From NCBI GenBank assembly GCA_038923045.1, contig JBCKWE010000003.1:5416-69415 (forward strand): a stretch of 64,000 nt of DNA, written 5' to 3'. The notes under the pieces were generated by a model, which saw only the letters and a program-made list of their open reading frames with translations, did not search any database and was not told the origin of the DNA. Below are positions 26,467 through 36,216 of this stretch, one piece after another (the first letter of the stretch is position 1; every line of letters starts with the position of its first letter). Made by a program: the position numbers and the translations under genes. Source of the stretch: Legionellaceae bacterium (GTDB lineage: Bacteria > Pseudomonadota > Gammaproteobacteria > Legionellales > Legionellaceae).

Positions 26467-26791
26467 CATGATGTTGGGGGCTCTATTGCAAGAATCCATA
26501 TCCGATGAAGCGGCATATAACATGGTTAATTTTATCGGTGACCTTGCGCGCACATTGGAATGCATCTATTGCGACCAGCTGCGGCGCCATGGTCGTAAAG
26601 TTGAAGAGGAGTTTTACCAAGAATCTGGCTTGGTGATAGAGGATCCTCCGTTTTAGGGAGTGCCGTGGATAGTTTGGCCAAGATGAACGCTGAGTAAGTT
26701 AATGGGGATGTTTTAGGTTTGTTAGTGTTAATGTTGGTCAATTCAAGCCTGCGCCATATATCCGCGGTTTTGGTCCGCCGTTAACACCTGT

Positions 26792-27177
26792 ATTACTTAC
26801 AGTCGTTAGCAAAGGAAATGATTTTAAACCAAAGCGATAATCCCACGATGCACAATCGCGTTAACGACCCTGATCTAGTTCACTGGGCAGCTGATTCATA
26901 TCGATTAGGATTGGAAGCAACCAATCCTAATCGCATTCATTATTCAATTGACACGCATGAATATATAACAGGACAACTAATTAACGCGACGGCGTACATC
27001 CACTTTGTACAAACAGTTTGTCAGCAACAACTTTATCTCGCAGGTAAACATTCAGCCTTGCTTTTGAACGCTCTTTTTGATCCGGAGCATAGTCCTAAAC
27101 AGTATGTCGCCTATTTAAAAACGGTAAAAAATGACCCTTCCATTAAAACAATGAAACAGCTACCACCTTTTAGTTAA
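26792..27177 (+). pseudogene. S1/P1 nuclease gene, 3' fragment
   Basis: Deleting 23455-26791 joins ...GSAYL|YYLQSLAKEMILNQ... in frame. The C-terminal ..VHWAADSYRLG..QQLYLAGKHSALLLNALF matches the S1/P1 C-terminal helix. Confidence 0.75.
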
Positions 27178-27287
27178 ATGGTGTCATGCCTCAGAATTAT
27201 TATTTCAATCATATTGTTACAGTGAAAATCGTAAGCAATGTGTTCACTGAATTAGAACCATTCCTCATTTTGAATAAAATCACTTGA

Positions 27288-27321
27288 GTACAATAGTAAG
27301 TACCTGTACAATTATAAGTAC
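27288..27321 (+). promoter_or_regulatory. Candidate yefM-yoeB operator (two GTAC-bounded 16-bp direct repeats)
   Basis: GTACAATAGTAAGTAC (27288-27303) and GTACAATTATAAGTAC (27306-27321), 14/16 identical, 23 nt upstream of yefM. YefM-YoeB operators are known to contain TGTACA cores. Confidence 0.4.
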
Positions 27322-27343
27322 ATCAATGGTTAAAAGATTTGAA

Positions 27344-27598
27344 ATGAACATTATCAGCTATTCAGCATTAAGAACCCATTTGGCGAGCACGCTGGACAAG
27401 GTTAATGAAGATCATGTCTCGATATTGATTACTAGGCAAAATGCAAAACCTGCCGTTATTATGTCGCTTGAAGATTATAAATCCTACGAAGAAACGGCCT
27501 ATTTAATGGCAAGTCCGGTGAATGCTGCCAGGTTATGCCAGTCCATTGCGGAGGTAGGGGCTGCACGAACCAAGCCTCATGGGATTATTGAAGAATGA
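27344..27598 (+). CDS. yefM: YefM antitoxin
   Basis: MNIISYSALRTHLASTLDKVNEDHVSILITRQNAKPAVIMSLEDYKSYEETAYL. Start moved to ATG 27344. ATGA overlap with yoeB. Confidence 0.9.
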   Translation: MNIISYSALRTHLASTLDKVNEDHVSILITRQNAKPAVIMSLEDYKSYEETAYLMASPVNAARLCQSIAEVGAARTKPHGIIEE

Positions 27599-27849
27599 TA
27601 CTGTCCTGGGCTGAGAATGCGTGGGACGATTACCTTCATTGGCAAGCAGCGGATAAAAAAGTGCTAAAACGAATTAATACCCTTTTAAAAGACATTATGC
27701 GGCATCCATTCGAGGGATTGGGTGAGCCCGAGCCACTAAAACATCACTGGTCGGGGTATTGGTCAAGGCGCATTGACAGGGAGCATCGCATTGTCTACTT
27801 GCCTTCGGATGAGGCTATTTATATTGTTCAATGCCGTTATCATTACTGA
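27595..27849 (+). CDS. yoeB: YoeB (Txe) toxin
   Basis: WDDYLHWQ..DKKVLKRINTLLKDI.RHPFEGLGEPEPLKH..SGYWSRRIDREHRIVY....IYIVQCRYHY, 84 aa. Confidence 0.9.
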   Translation: MILSWAENAWDDYLHWQAADKKVLKRINTLLKDIMRHPFEGLGEPEPLKHHWSGYWSRRIDREHRIVYLPSDEAIYIVQCRYHY

Positions 27850-29015
27850 TCCAAGCCCATTAATGCATACTCCAATTCCGCTTTTAAGTCGCCAGCATCC
27901 TCAATTCCAACCGACAAGCGTACTAATCCATCTTCAATCCCCAATGCTTTACGTACGCTAGGAGGTATAGAGGCGTGGGTCATGATGGCAGGGTGTTCAA
28001 TCAGGCTTTCAACGCCGCCTAAACTTTCTGCCAGTGTGAATAATTCACAGCGGGATAAAAATCGTTTTGCACCCTCAAGCCCACCCTTGACAACCATTGA
28101 AATCATGCCGCCAAAAGCATGCATTTGTTGTTTAGCCAATTGGTGTTGGGGATGTGAGAGAAGGCCTGGATAAATAATTTTTTGAACGCTTGGGTGTTTT
28201 TCAAGCCAATGCGCGAGCACGTTGGCACTTTCACAATGCTGTCGCATGCGTAGAGGCAATGTCTTTAATCCCCGCAGGACTAAAAAACTATCAAATGGAC
28301 CGGCAACTGCACCGCAGGCGTTTTGTAAAAAGGCAATTTTTTCAGCCAGTTCAGTATTGTCGCCAACAACAACCACGCCACTGATCACGTCCGAGTGGCC
28401 ATTTAAATATTTCGTTGCAGAATGCATCACCAGATCAAAACCCAGTTCAAGCGGACGTTGAATCCAAGGTGTTGCGAGCGTATTGTCAGCAACGGTGATG
28501 AGTCCATGACGTTTGCCTGTTGCTGCAATTTTACGTAAATCAGCCAGTTTAAGCATGGGATTTGACGGTGTTTCTAACCAAATCATGCGAGTATTGGGTT
28601 GAATGGCGGCTTCAATATTGGCGATGTTTCCCATGTCAACAAATGAAAATGACAAGTTGGACGTGCGTGTTTTAACCTTGTCAAATAATCGAAAGGTTCC
28701 GCCGTAGAGATCTTCCGAGGCAATCACATGCTCGCCGGCATTGAGGAGGTCTATTACCGTGTTTATAGCCGCCATGCCTGACGCAAAGGCATAGCCATGC
28801 CTACCTGACTCAAGGCTTGCAATGCAGGCTTCAAAAGCCGCTCGCGTGGGATTTTGAGTGCGCGAATATTCATATCCCTGGTGTACACCAGGCGCTGATT
28901 GTCGGTATGTCGACGTGGCATATATGGGGGTCATTACTGCCCCCGTACTTGGGTCAGGATGCTGTCCTGCATGAATTGCGCGGGTGTCGAAGTGTTTGTT
29001 GTCCATGTTAACCAA
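27843..29015 (-). CDS. PLP-dependent trans-sulfuration enzyme (cystathionine gamma-synthase/beta-lyase family)
   Basis: FDTRAIHAGQ, YSRTQNPTR and the PLP-Lys motif HSATKYLNGHSDV. 390 aa. Confidence 0.85.
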   Translation of the reverse strand: MVNMDNKHFDTRAIHAGQHPDPSTGAVMTPIYATSTYRQSAPGVHQGYEYSRTQNPTRAAFEACIASLESGRHGYAFASGMAAINTVIDLLNAGEHVIASEDLYGGTFRLFDKVKTRTSNLSFSFVDMGNIANIEAAIQPNTRMIWLETPSNPMLKLADLRKIAATGKRHGLITVADNTLATPWIQRPLELGFDLVMHSATKYLNGHSDVISGVVVVGDNTELAEKIAFLQNACGAVAGPFDSFLVLRGLKTLPLRMRQHCESANVLAHWLEKHPSVQKIIYPGLLSHPQHQLAKQQMHAFGGMISMVVKGGLEGAKRFLSRCELFTLAESLGGVESLIEHPAIMTHASIPPSVRKALGIEDGLVRLSVGIEDAGDLKAELEYALMGLDQ

Positions 29016-29057
29016 ATCCTGTTAGTTAATTAATGATCGTTATTATAAGGTTCATTT

Positions 29058-29516
29058 TCAAGCGCGTACAAACATTTGTGTATAATAAATTCTGCCGCGT
29101 GCATCCCGGGCGATGCCAATACCCGTCAGGTTATAACTTCCGCGAATATTTTGACGATGTCCGGGACTTTTTAACCATTCCTGGACCACGATCTCAGCAT
29201 TTTTATAATTATAGGCCACATTCTCAGCCCCGCCATTGGAATGCTTGATGGCTTTAAACAATCGACCCATGCGTTGTTCATATTTCATATGTCCAAAGGG
29301 CAGCTTGTGCTGCGCCATGTCACGGCTATGTATTGTGGCTTCCTGCGTGATGAGATGATTCATTTTCAACATCATCATACCGTGTGTAATGCGATATTTA
29401 TTAATATAGTATAAAATCTCTTTTTGCATGGCGGCATCTGTTTGACTTGCAGCCATTGCCGGCTGAAATAAACTAAAAATAAGTGAGATCCAAATGGCCG
29501 TTATTGCTTGTTTCAT
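29058..29516 (-). CDS. Secreted CAP/SCP-domain protein
   Basis: Signal peptide. HSRDMA, GGAENVAY, WLKSPGHRQNI and YYTQMF follow the CAP-domain pattern. Confidence 0.65.
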   Translation of the reverse strand: MKQAITAIWISLIFSLFQPAMAASQTDAAMQKEILYYINKYRITHGMMMLKMNHLITQEATIHSRDMAQHKLPFGHMKYEQRMGRLFKAIKHSNGGAENVAYNYKNAEIVVQEWLKSPGHRQNIRGSYNLTGIGIARDARGRIYYTQMFVRA

Positions 29517-29540
29517 AAATAAACCTAGTGATTTAAAAAA

Positions 29541-30068
29541 ATGACTTATAACGTTATTTCAACGGTTTGTCAAAATTTATCTCGGCCGATTATTATTCGC
29601 GTGTTTGCCATAAGCCTAGGCGTTTGCGTCATGTGGCAATTGAGCTCAGGCATGATGGCTATTATTGCTTTGAATAAATCAATGGTTGTTCGTGACAAAT
29701 CAGCGCTTGCAATCAATCGCGCAGCGAATAAACACACGGCGAACAAGGGATTAAACACGCCATTTTTTGGCAACTATGTGCCGGATAATCTAAACGATAT
29801 GAGTGTTAAGCAATCCATGCTTAATTTCAAGGTAGTGGGTATTCTGCTTGCTACTCGAAAAGAAGATTCGCAAGTCATTATTCATATTGCAAACGGACGA
29901 TCACAAACTTATCGGGCGGGAGATACCTTGCCCGGTGAGGTCGTTATTAAGAGAATTACCGCAAAAGGAGTACTTGTTGAGCGAAAAGGGGAGCTGGAGA
30001 GTTTAAGTCTTCCTGAAAATGAATTAATCTTTGAAGTTCCGGCAAAACCTTTGGAAGAGGATAAGTGA
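29541..30068 (+). CDS. Type II secretion protein C-like (HR domain only)
   Basis: N-terminal TM helix. LNFKVVGILLA..SQVIIHIANGRSQTYRAGDTLPGEVVIKRITAKGVLVERKGELESLSL resembles the GspC HR domain. Confidence 0.45.
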   Translation: MTYNVISTVCQNLSRPIIIRVFAISLGVCVMWQLSSGMMAIIALNKSMVVRDKSALAINRAANKHTANKGLNTPFFGNYVPDNLNDMSVKQSMLNFKVVGILLATRKEDSQVIIHIANGRSQTYRAGDTLPGEVVIKRITAKGVLVERKGELESLSLPENELIFEVPAKPLEEDK

Positions 30069-30380
30069 ATGCGTTTTAATGTCTTGTTTTTTATTGTGGT
30101 GAGTTTTCTCAGTGGGTGTGTAACCCACGGCATCAATTTGCGCGAGGGGATTAGAAGCTTTCAGGTTCAGGATTACCGTCAGGCATTTATTCGCCTGAAG
30201 CCAGAAGCTGAGAAAGGGCAAGCGGATGCACAGTATGCCATTGGCTATATGTATTATTATGGTCAGGGAGTAGTGGAAGATCGTAAAAAAGCCTGGCATT
30301 GGATTACGTCAGCAGCCAAGTCAGGTCAGGCTGATGCGCAGCAGGCGGTTAAAATTTTGGGGAAAAAAATCTCGAAATAA
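30069..30380 (+). CDS. Sel1-repeat lipoprotein
   Basis: Lipobox FLSGC. GQADAQYAIGYMYYYGQGVVEDRKKAWHWITSAAKSGQADAQ fits the Sel1 (SLR) consensus. Confidence 0.75.
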   Translation: MRFNVLFFIVVSFLSGCVTHGINLREGIRSFQVQDYRQAFIRLKPEAEKGQADAQYAIGYMYYYGQGVVEDRKKAWHWITSAAKSGQADAQQAVKILGKKISK

Positions 30381-31410
30381 TTAAACTAACCGGCTTGGCC
30401 AATCCCAATCCCCCCATCTCATCCGCACGAAACCAACGGCCAGTACATTCAGCCATGACGGCGGTGGGTTTCCGACTTTGAAAAGACAATGCCAGAATAT
30501 GTAAATGAAAATGGCTGAACGAATGTTTGATTTTCATCACGACTTGCGCCTCATCAATCTGGAACGGGTATGTATTGCGAATATGTGATGCTGGGCAAAC
30601 ATCCATGGCTATGGCGGGCATGCACCATAAACCACCCCATAAGCCCTTTGGGGGGCGTTTTTCGAGGTAAATCAAATTATCGTCAGTGTGTAACAGTAGG
30701 AATTGCTGTGTCTTTGTAGGCAATGTTTTCTGTGGTTTTTTATGTGGGTAATCGTCTACTACACCCGCTGCAAAAGCCTGGCATGTTGCTTGTAGCGGAC
30801 AGGCTATGCAGTCTGGTTTTTTTGATCGACAAACCGTAGCGCCTAAGTCCATGATGGCTTGCGTATAATCAGCACAGCGATCCTGATGCATGCATGCATT
30901 TGCCAAGTGCCACAGTTGTTGTTTTACCTCCGCTGAATCTGGGGCTCCTGCGACTAAAAAATAGCGGCTTAGTACACGTTTGACATTGCCATCCAGAATG
31001 GCGGAGGCTTTATTAAAGGCTAGGGAGGCAATGGCGGCAGCTGTTGATTCGCCTATCCCGGGTAGTTTTAATAGTGATTCTAAATTATTTGGAAATTCAT
31101 CGTTCCGTTCTGTATGAATAATCATCGCTGATTTATGCAGGTTGCGAGCTCGACTGTAATACCCAAGTCCTGACCAATGTGATAACACGTCATCCTCTGA
31201 CGCAGTCGCCAAGGTTTTCACATCAGGAAACCGCGCAATAAAGGCCATGAAATAAGGAATGACCGTTTTGACTTGCGTTTGTTGCAGCATAATTTCTGAT
31301 ATCCAAACGCGATACCCATTGCGAGGATGTTGCCAGGGCAGGCCCTTACGGCCATGTTTGTCGAACCAGCTTAATAGCAATGCATTGAACGTTTGGTAGC
31401 GCGTAAACAT
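30349..31410 (-). CDS. mutY: A/G-specific adenine DNA glycosylase
   Basis: LPWQ..NGYRVWISEIMLQQTQV, HhH-GPD PGIGESTAAAI, 4Fe-4S Cys cluster C..PDCIACPL...C, and a NUDIX-like C-terminal domain. Confidence 0.9.
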   Translation of the reverse strand: MFTRYQTFNALLLSWFDKHGRKGLPWQHPRNGYRVWISEIMLQQTQVKTVIPYFMAFIARFPDVKTLATASEDDVLSHWSGLGYYSRARNLHKSAMIIHTERNDEFPNNLESLLKLPGIGESTAAAIASLAFNKASAILDGNVKRVLSRYFLVAGAPDSAEVKQQLWHLANACMHQDRCADYTQAIMDLGATVCRSKKPDCIACPLQATCQAFAAGVVDDYPHKKPQKTLPTKTQQFLLLHTDDNLIYLEKRPPKGLWGGLWCMPAIAMDVCPASHIRNTYPFQIDEAQVVMKIKHSFSHFHLHILALSFQSRKPTAVMAECTGRWFRADEMGGLGLAKPVSLIISRFFSPKF

Positions 31411-31633
31411 AGTGGTCTTAATTGTCTTATGTTGTGGTGTATTCTACGCTTATGGGTTGTGTTTATATAGATGGATTACAAAAAAACTGATCCGAATAAA
31501 AATAAATATGATGGATGTATTGCAATCCATTTTGTTAAAGTGATATGCTGATTGCCCTCTAAAAAAAATAGAGGATAGATGTTGATGTCTCTTTTCAAGT
31601 TGTACTCAGGATGAGTTAATACGGGGGAGCAGT

Positions 31634-32347
31634 ATGCAACAAGGTGAATCGGACGTTATTATATTGAAGCCAACGGCTTCTTTTTTGTCATTTCTTGCGG
31701 AACAACAACCTGATATTGATTTACCGGATATCAAGGCGTTGCGAACAAATCACACAGCGTACACCCTAGCCAAGTGCGACAGTGATGAGGCCACACTGGA
31801 TGAGGTGGAGCGGCATTTTCCCGCCATGTTCCGGCATGAAATAGGCCGTTTGTTGGGTGAAAACGCATGCCATCATTTTGAAGGTAGTTTTCTTGATTTT
31901 TTAAGGTGTTTCAAATTCGAGCTTCATTCCCAGATTGTATTAATGGAATCATCGATTGATAAAGGTCACCAGTTACTGTGCGTTAGACCCCGGTCTGTAT
32001 TATTGAGGTGGATGAAAGCGACACTGGCGGAAGATCAAACCGAGCCGTCCGACCTGTTTGAGCGCATGAATTTGTCACACATCACTGAAAATGCGACAGT
32101 ATTGGTGAAAAACTTCACGCAGTTGTCAGAAATAAAACCCTTCATCCAACATTATTTTCGGCCTATCTTCAAAGCGGAAATGTTGCGTATGTGCAGTGAT
32201 GCGGAACAATGGCCTGTAATTGATACTTTTCAAATGTTCAGGCGTTATTTTTCGGTTGAAATTCACACGCAATTGATCCATTTGAATGCAACATCACCAG
32301 CATTGCGAGACGTCAGCCACCACAGCCGTTATGCCCTTGACGCCTAA
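31634..32347 (+). CDS. Hypothetical protein (237 aa)
   Basis: ORF with GGGGAG RBS. No motif recognised. The 3' end overlaps the convergent pilin gene by 54 nt. Confidence 0.5.
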   Translation: MQQGESDVIILKPTASFLSFLAEQQPDIDLPDIKALRTNHTAYTLAKCDSDEATLDEVERHFPAMFRHEIGRLLGENACHHFEGSFLDFLRCFKFELHSQIVLMESSIDKGHQLLCVRPRSVLLRWMKATLAEDQTEPSDLFERMNLSHITENATVLVKNFTQLSEIKPFIQHYFRPIFKAEMLRMCSDAEQWPVIDTFQMFRRYFSVEIHTQLIHLNATSPALRDVSHHSRYALDA

Positions 32348-32710
32348 GCTATTCAGCGTCAGGGATTGGCAATGCGTATCTTGTCCGTTGGTTGGTGTGG
32401 CTTGCAAAGCGTAGGTTGTATCGCTAAGCTGGGTAAGCGATAACGTGTACCAGCCTTCTGGTGATTGATTGCGACTCAACACATCCGTCGCTGTATCGGT
32501 GCCTATTGTCGCGGTCTGGTAAGTATCGTGCGCGTCATACCAGGTTTCCATGCGGCAGGCCAAATCCAGCAAGGCTAATTGGCCATCAGTGCGGTGAGCT
32601 CGTTCTATGTAATGACGGTAACTTGGGTAGCTCATTGTTGCGAGAATGCTGGTGATAGCGAGGACGATGAGTAGTTCAATGAGTGTGTATCCTTTATTCA
32701 TGATGCGCAT
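32294..32710 (-). CDS. Type IV pilin (prepilin-type N-terminal methylation domain)
   Basis: MRIMNKG/YTLIELLIVLAITSILATMSYPSYRHY is a class III signal peptide plus a hydrophobic alpha1 helix. A C-terminal Cys pair is present. Confidence 0.85.
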   Translation of the reverse strand: MRIMNKGYTLIELLIVLAITSILATMSYPSYRHYIERAHRTDGQLALLDLACRMETWYDAHDTYQTATIGTDTATDVLSRNQSPEGWYTLSLTQLSDTTYALQATPTNGQDTHCQSLTLNSLGVKGITAVVADVSQCW

Positions 32711-32886
32711 GCCGGCAAATAAATCGATGAATCGAAAATCGCTCCATCATATTGAGGTGTATTTTTCATATATCCGTTATGGGTTTACTTTTATCGTGCC
32801 ATGATATCATGGCATAACCAACTATCACTGGTAATTCATCAAGCACTTGGGTAAAATGACACAAAAATAAACAGGAATTCAAGTTA

Positions 32887-33771
32887 ATGACACGTTATTG
32901 TGGATACATTGCCCTTGTTGGGCGTCCTAATGTGGGTAAATCCACATTGCTTAATCGAATTTTACAACAAAAACTCAGCATCACCTCGAGCAAACCGCAG
33001 ACGACGCGGCACAGTATCATTGGTATTCGCACCGATGATGAGTACCAATTTGTTTATGTCGATACACCGGGCATTCATCAGGGTTCTAAAAAAATCATGA
33101 ATCGTATGATGAATAAAACCGCCATCAGTACGTTGCGTGATGTTGATGCTGTCGCATTTTTGGTTGACGGTACGCATTGGGGCGACGAAGATGAGTATGT
33201 CTTGAGTTTAATTAAAAACATTGATGTACCGTGTTTTTTAGTTGTCAATAAAGTAGATAAAATCGTTGATAAAATGCAAATGTTGCCGTGGATTGAGGCG
33301 ATTAGCCAACGGCATGCGTTTAAGGCAATTATCCCCATTTCAGCAAAAACAGGTGTGCAGGTGGATGATTTGCAAAAGGCCTTTCGGGCCGTTCTGCCAG
33401 AAAGCCCACATATGTACGGTGAAGATCAGTTTACTGATCGCTCAATAAAGTTTTTGTGTGCCGAATTACTGCGCGAGAAAATTTTCCGCCTCTGTGGTCA
33501 GGAATTGCCTTATGCAACCACCGTTGAGATTGAAGCCTATAAAGACGAGGGAAGACTCGTGCGTATTCATGCGCGTATTTTAGTCGATAGAGAGAACCAC
33601 AAGCGCATGATCATCGGTGATAAAGGGGCTAAACTCAAGGAAATGGCCAGTAGTGCCCGCGTTGACATGGAGACACTGCTCGGTAAAAAAGTGTTCTTGC
33701 AGTGTTGGTGTAAAGTTAAATCCGGCTGGTCTGATGATGCGCGTGTGTTGAAGCAATTGGGTTATGAGTGA
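32887..33771 (+). CDS. era: GTPase Era
   Basis: G1 GRPNVGKSTLLN, G3 DTPG, G4 NKVD, and a KH domain at the C-terminus. Followed by recO. Confidence 0.95.
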   Translation: MTRYCGYIALVGRPNVGKSTLLNRILQQKLSITSSKPQTTRHSIIGIRTDDEYQFVYVDTPGIHQGSKKIMNRMMNKTAISTLRDVDAVAFLVDGTHWGDEDEYVLSLIKNIDVPCFLVVNKVDKIVDKMQMLPWIEAISQRHAFKAIIPISAKTGVQVDDLQKAFRAVLPESPHMYGEDQFTDRSIKFLCAELLREKIFRLCGQELPYATTVEIEAYKDEGRLVRIHARILVDRENHKRMIIGDKGAKLKEMASSARVDMETLLGKKVFLQCWCKVKSGWSDDARVLKQLGYE

Positions 33772-33783
33772 AGCAATTGAGTT

Positions 33784-34464
33784 ATGATGATTGAATTCTC
33801 GCAAGTTTACGTTTTACACAAACGCTGGTCTGGTGACACCAGTGCGCAAGTTACTTTTTTTACGCATGAAAAAGGGGTGGTTAGTGCCCAGTTTCGAGGC
33901 GGGCGTACTCCGAAAAAACAATCCTTGTTACAAGCCTTTACGCCGCTGTGGTTAGCCTTAGATGTGCAGCGTGACTGGCATTATGTTCGCCAACTGGATG
34001 TGACAGCACCGTCGCTTGTGCTCGCCGGTGATTCATTGTTCGCAGGCTTATATGTCAATGAAATACTCTACCATGGATTGTGCCAGCTTGATCCATGCCC
34101 TGCACTGTATGATGCTTATGAACAAACCATAACGGCCTTGGTGCATGCTAGACATCGTCTGGAAGTGGAGGCAGTACTCAGGCGGTTTGAATGGCAATTT
34201 TTGATATTTAGCGGGTATCAATTTTCATTGACGCATGACGCGCTCACCTTAATGCCGATTATTCCAACCCACTACTATAATTTTATTGCAGGCCTAGGGG
34301 TTGTGTTGGCGGAGCATGGTATTCTAGGCACTTGTATTCTGGCTATGTCAGAAGACAATCTTGGGGATCCATCCGTGCTTAAAGCTGCGAAATGGATTAT
34401 GCGTCTGGCGATTGATCATGCTTTGGATGGGAAGCGGATCTGCGCGCGGGAGTTGTATCTATGA
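33784..34464 (+). CDS. recO: DNA repair protein RecO
   Basis: Position after era. VYVLHKRWSGDTSAQVTFFTHEKGVVSAQFRGGR..LQAFTPLWL is a RecO N-terminal OB fold pattern. Confidence 0.8.
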   Translation: MMIEFSQVYVLHKRWSGDTSAQVTFFTHEKGVVSAQFRGGRTPKKQSLLQAFTPLWLALDVQRDWHYVRQLDVTAPSLVLAGDSLFAGLYVNEILYHGLCQLDPCPALYDAYEQTITALVHARHRLEVEAVLRRFEWQFLIFSGYQFSLTHDALTLMPIIPTHYYNFIAGLGVVLAEHGILGTCILAMSEDNLGDPSVLKAAKWIMRLAIDHALDGKRICARELYL

Positions 34465-34477
34465 GGGAGTTGTAGCA

Positions 34478-36169
34478 ATGATACGAGTGACGGAAATTAA
34501 ATTACCCCTTGAGCATAACGAAGCCTGTCTGCGTTCGGCCTTGCTCACAAAATTGGGTATACCTTCACAAGCATTGATCAATTACACTCTATTCAAACGC
34601 GCTTACGATGCCCGCAAGCGGCACGCGATTGTTCTGGTGTATAGCCTTGATGTGACAACCACCAACGATGCCGCGATTCTCGCTCGTTTGCACGCTGACC
34701 CACACGTGAAAATCACGCCTGATATGACGTATCGTTTTGTAATCCCTCAAAAGCCAGAGCATGTACCTGCTCACGATAACAATTACAAAATGCTGCGGCC
34801 TATCGTGATTGGGTTTGGTCCTTGCGGATTATTTGCAGGGCTAATTCTTGCGCAAATGGGATTACGGCCAATTATATTAGAACGCGGGAAGGCGGTACGT
34901 GAACGCACCGTGGATACGTTTGCATTTTGGCGCAAGCATGAACTCAATACGGAATCGAATGTGCAGTTTGGTGAAGGTGGGGCCGGTACTTTTTCAGACG
35001 GCAAGTTATACAGCCAAGTAAAAGATCCGCAACATTATGGACGTAAAGTATTAGAAGAATTTGTTAAAGCCGGTGCACCGGAAGAAATTCTCTATGTCAG
35101 CAAACCACATATTGGTACGTTTAAATTGGTTTCGATGATTGAAACGATGCGCAAGGCGATTGAAGCGCTCGGAGGTGAAATTCGCTTTCAGCAGCGCGTC
35201 GAAAAATTTCATATTGTGTCCAGTCGCTCACCGAATGGTGCACAAGTGCAACAAGTGCGCGGCGTGGTGCTGGCGAGCGGTGAAGAAATTGAGAGTAATC
35301 ATGTGGTGTTGGCCGTTGGCCATAGTGCTCGCGATACGTTTAGTACACTCGTCGAACAAAACGTTTATTGTGAGCCAAAACCATTTTCCATAGGCTTTCG
35401 TATCGAACACCCGCAATCATTAATTGATGCCTCACGACTAGGAAAATTTGCAGGCAATGAAATTCTCGGCGCGGCTGATTATAAACTCGTGTATCACGCC
35501 TCCAATAACCGATCGGTATACAGTTTTTGCATGTGCCCGGGGGGAACTGTAGTCGCTGCTGCCTCAGAGGCAGGCCACGTTGTCACCAATGGCATGAGTC
35601 AATACTCTCGCAATGAACGCAATGCCAACAGCGCCATTGTCGTTGCCATCACGCCAGAGGACTTCCCTGGTACTTCTGAGCGTAATCGTATTCTTGCCGG
35701 TGTGGCATTACAACGGCATTGGGAAAAACAGGCGTTTGAAGTCGGCGGTAGTCATTACAATGCCCCATGCCAGCTCGTAGGGGATTTTATTGCCAATAAA
35801 CCGTCAACACAGTTTGGAACGGCTAAGCCTTCTTATAAACCCGGCATCACGCTCGGTGATTTAAGCGCGTGTTTGCCTGATTATGCCATTCACGCCATTC
35901 GCGAAGCACTGCCAGCGTTTGAATTACAAATAAAAGGCTTTGCCATGCACGATGCCTTGTTAACTGGCGTTGAGACGCGCACATCATCACCGATACGCAT
36001 CAAACGTAATGAAGCTTACGAGAGCATCAACACGCAGGGGTTGTATCCAGCCGGAGAAGGTGCGGGGTACGCAGGTGGTATTCTATCGGCAGGCATCGAT
36101 GGCATTAAAGTTGCCGAAGCCGTGGCTTTAAGTGTAATGAAGTCCCAATCTTATATTAAAAACCCATAA
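34478..36169 (+). CDS. FAD-dependent oxidoreductase (COG2509-type)
   Basis: Start moved to ATG 34478 (MIRVTEIKLPL). Dinucleotide-binding VIGFGPCGLFAGLILAQMG, GGAGTFSDGKL and PAGEGAGYAGGI. Confidence 0.8.
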   Translation: MIRVTEIKLPLEHNEACLRSALLTKLGIPSQALINYTLFKRAYDARKRHAIVLVYSLDVTTTNDAAILARLHADPHVKITPDMTYRFVIPQKPEHVPAHDNNYKMLRPIVIGFGPCGLFAGLILAQMGLRPIILERGKAVRERTVDTFAFWRKHELNTESNVQFGEGGAGTFSDGKLYSQVKDPQHYGRKVLEEFVKAGAPEEILYVSKPHIGTFKLVSMIETMRKAIEALGGEIRFQQRVEKFHIVSSRSPNGAQVQQVRGVVLASGEEIESNHVVLAVGHSARDTFSTLVEQNVYCEPKPFSIGFRIEHPQSLIDASRLGKFAGNEILGAADYKLVYHASNNRSVYSFCMCPGGTVVAAASEAGHVVTNGMSQYSRNERNANSAIVVAITPEDFPGTSERNRILAGVALQRHWEKQAFEVGGSHYNAPCQLVGDFIANKPSTQFGTAKPSYKPGITLGDLSACLPDYAIHAIREALPAFELQIKGFAMHDALLTGVETRTSSPIRIKRNEAYESINTQGLYPAGEGAGYAGGILSAGIDGIKVAEAVALSVMKSQSYIKNP

Positions 36170-36216
36170 ACCCAAAATAGCTTTAATTTTTCCATAAGAT
36201 TACACATGTACAATTC

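Larger units (their letters stand above)
23455..26786 (+). mobile_element. IS21-family insertion sequence (3332 bp) with istA, istB and two extra small ORFs
   Basis: Ends TGT...ACA. Imperfect ~39-bp terminal IRs (28/39 match, shared core ATGGCGCAGG at 23484-23493 and 26749-26758 rc). 5-bp direct target duplication CCTGT (23450-23454 / 26787-26791). Confidence 0.85.

Noticed and set aside
26459-26656. The 65-aa ORF overlapping the istB stop inside the IS.
   Set aside because: It is short, has no motif and cannot be distinguished from a chance ORF. It is mentioned only in the IS finding and is not annotated as a gene.
32294-32347. The 54-nt convergent overlap of the 237-aa hypothetical gene and the pilin gene, and the smaller convergent overlaps at 30349-30380, 27843-27849 and 41889-41892, as possible antisense regulation.
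   Set aside because: Convergent 3' overlaps of this size are common in compact genomes, and the 3' end of the hypothetical ORF may simply be over-called. There is no supporting structure.
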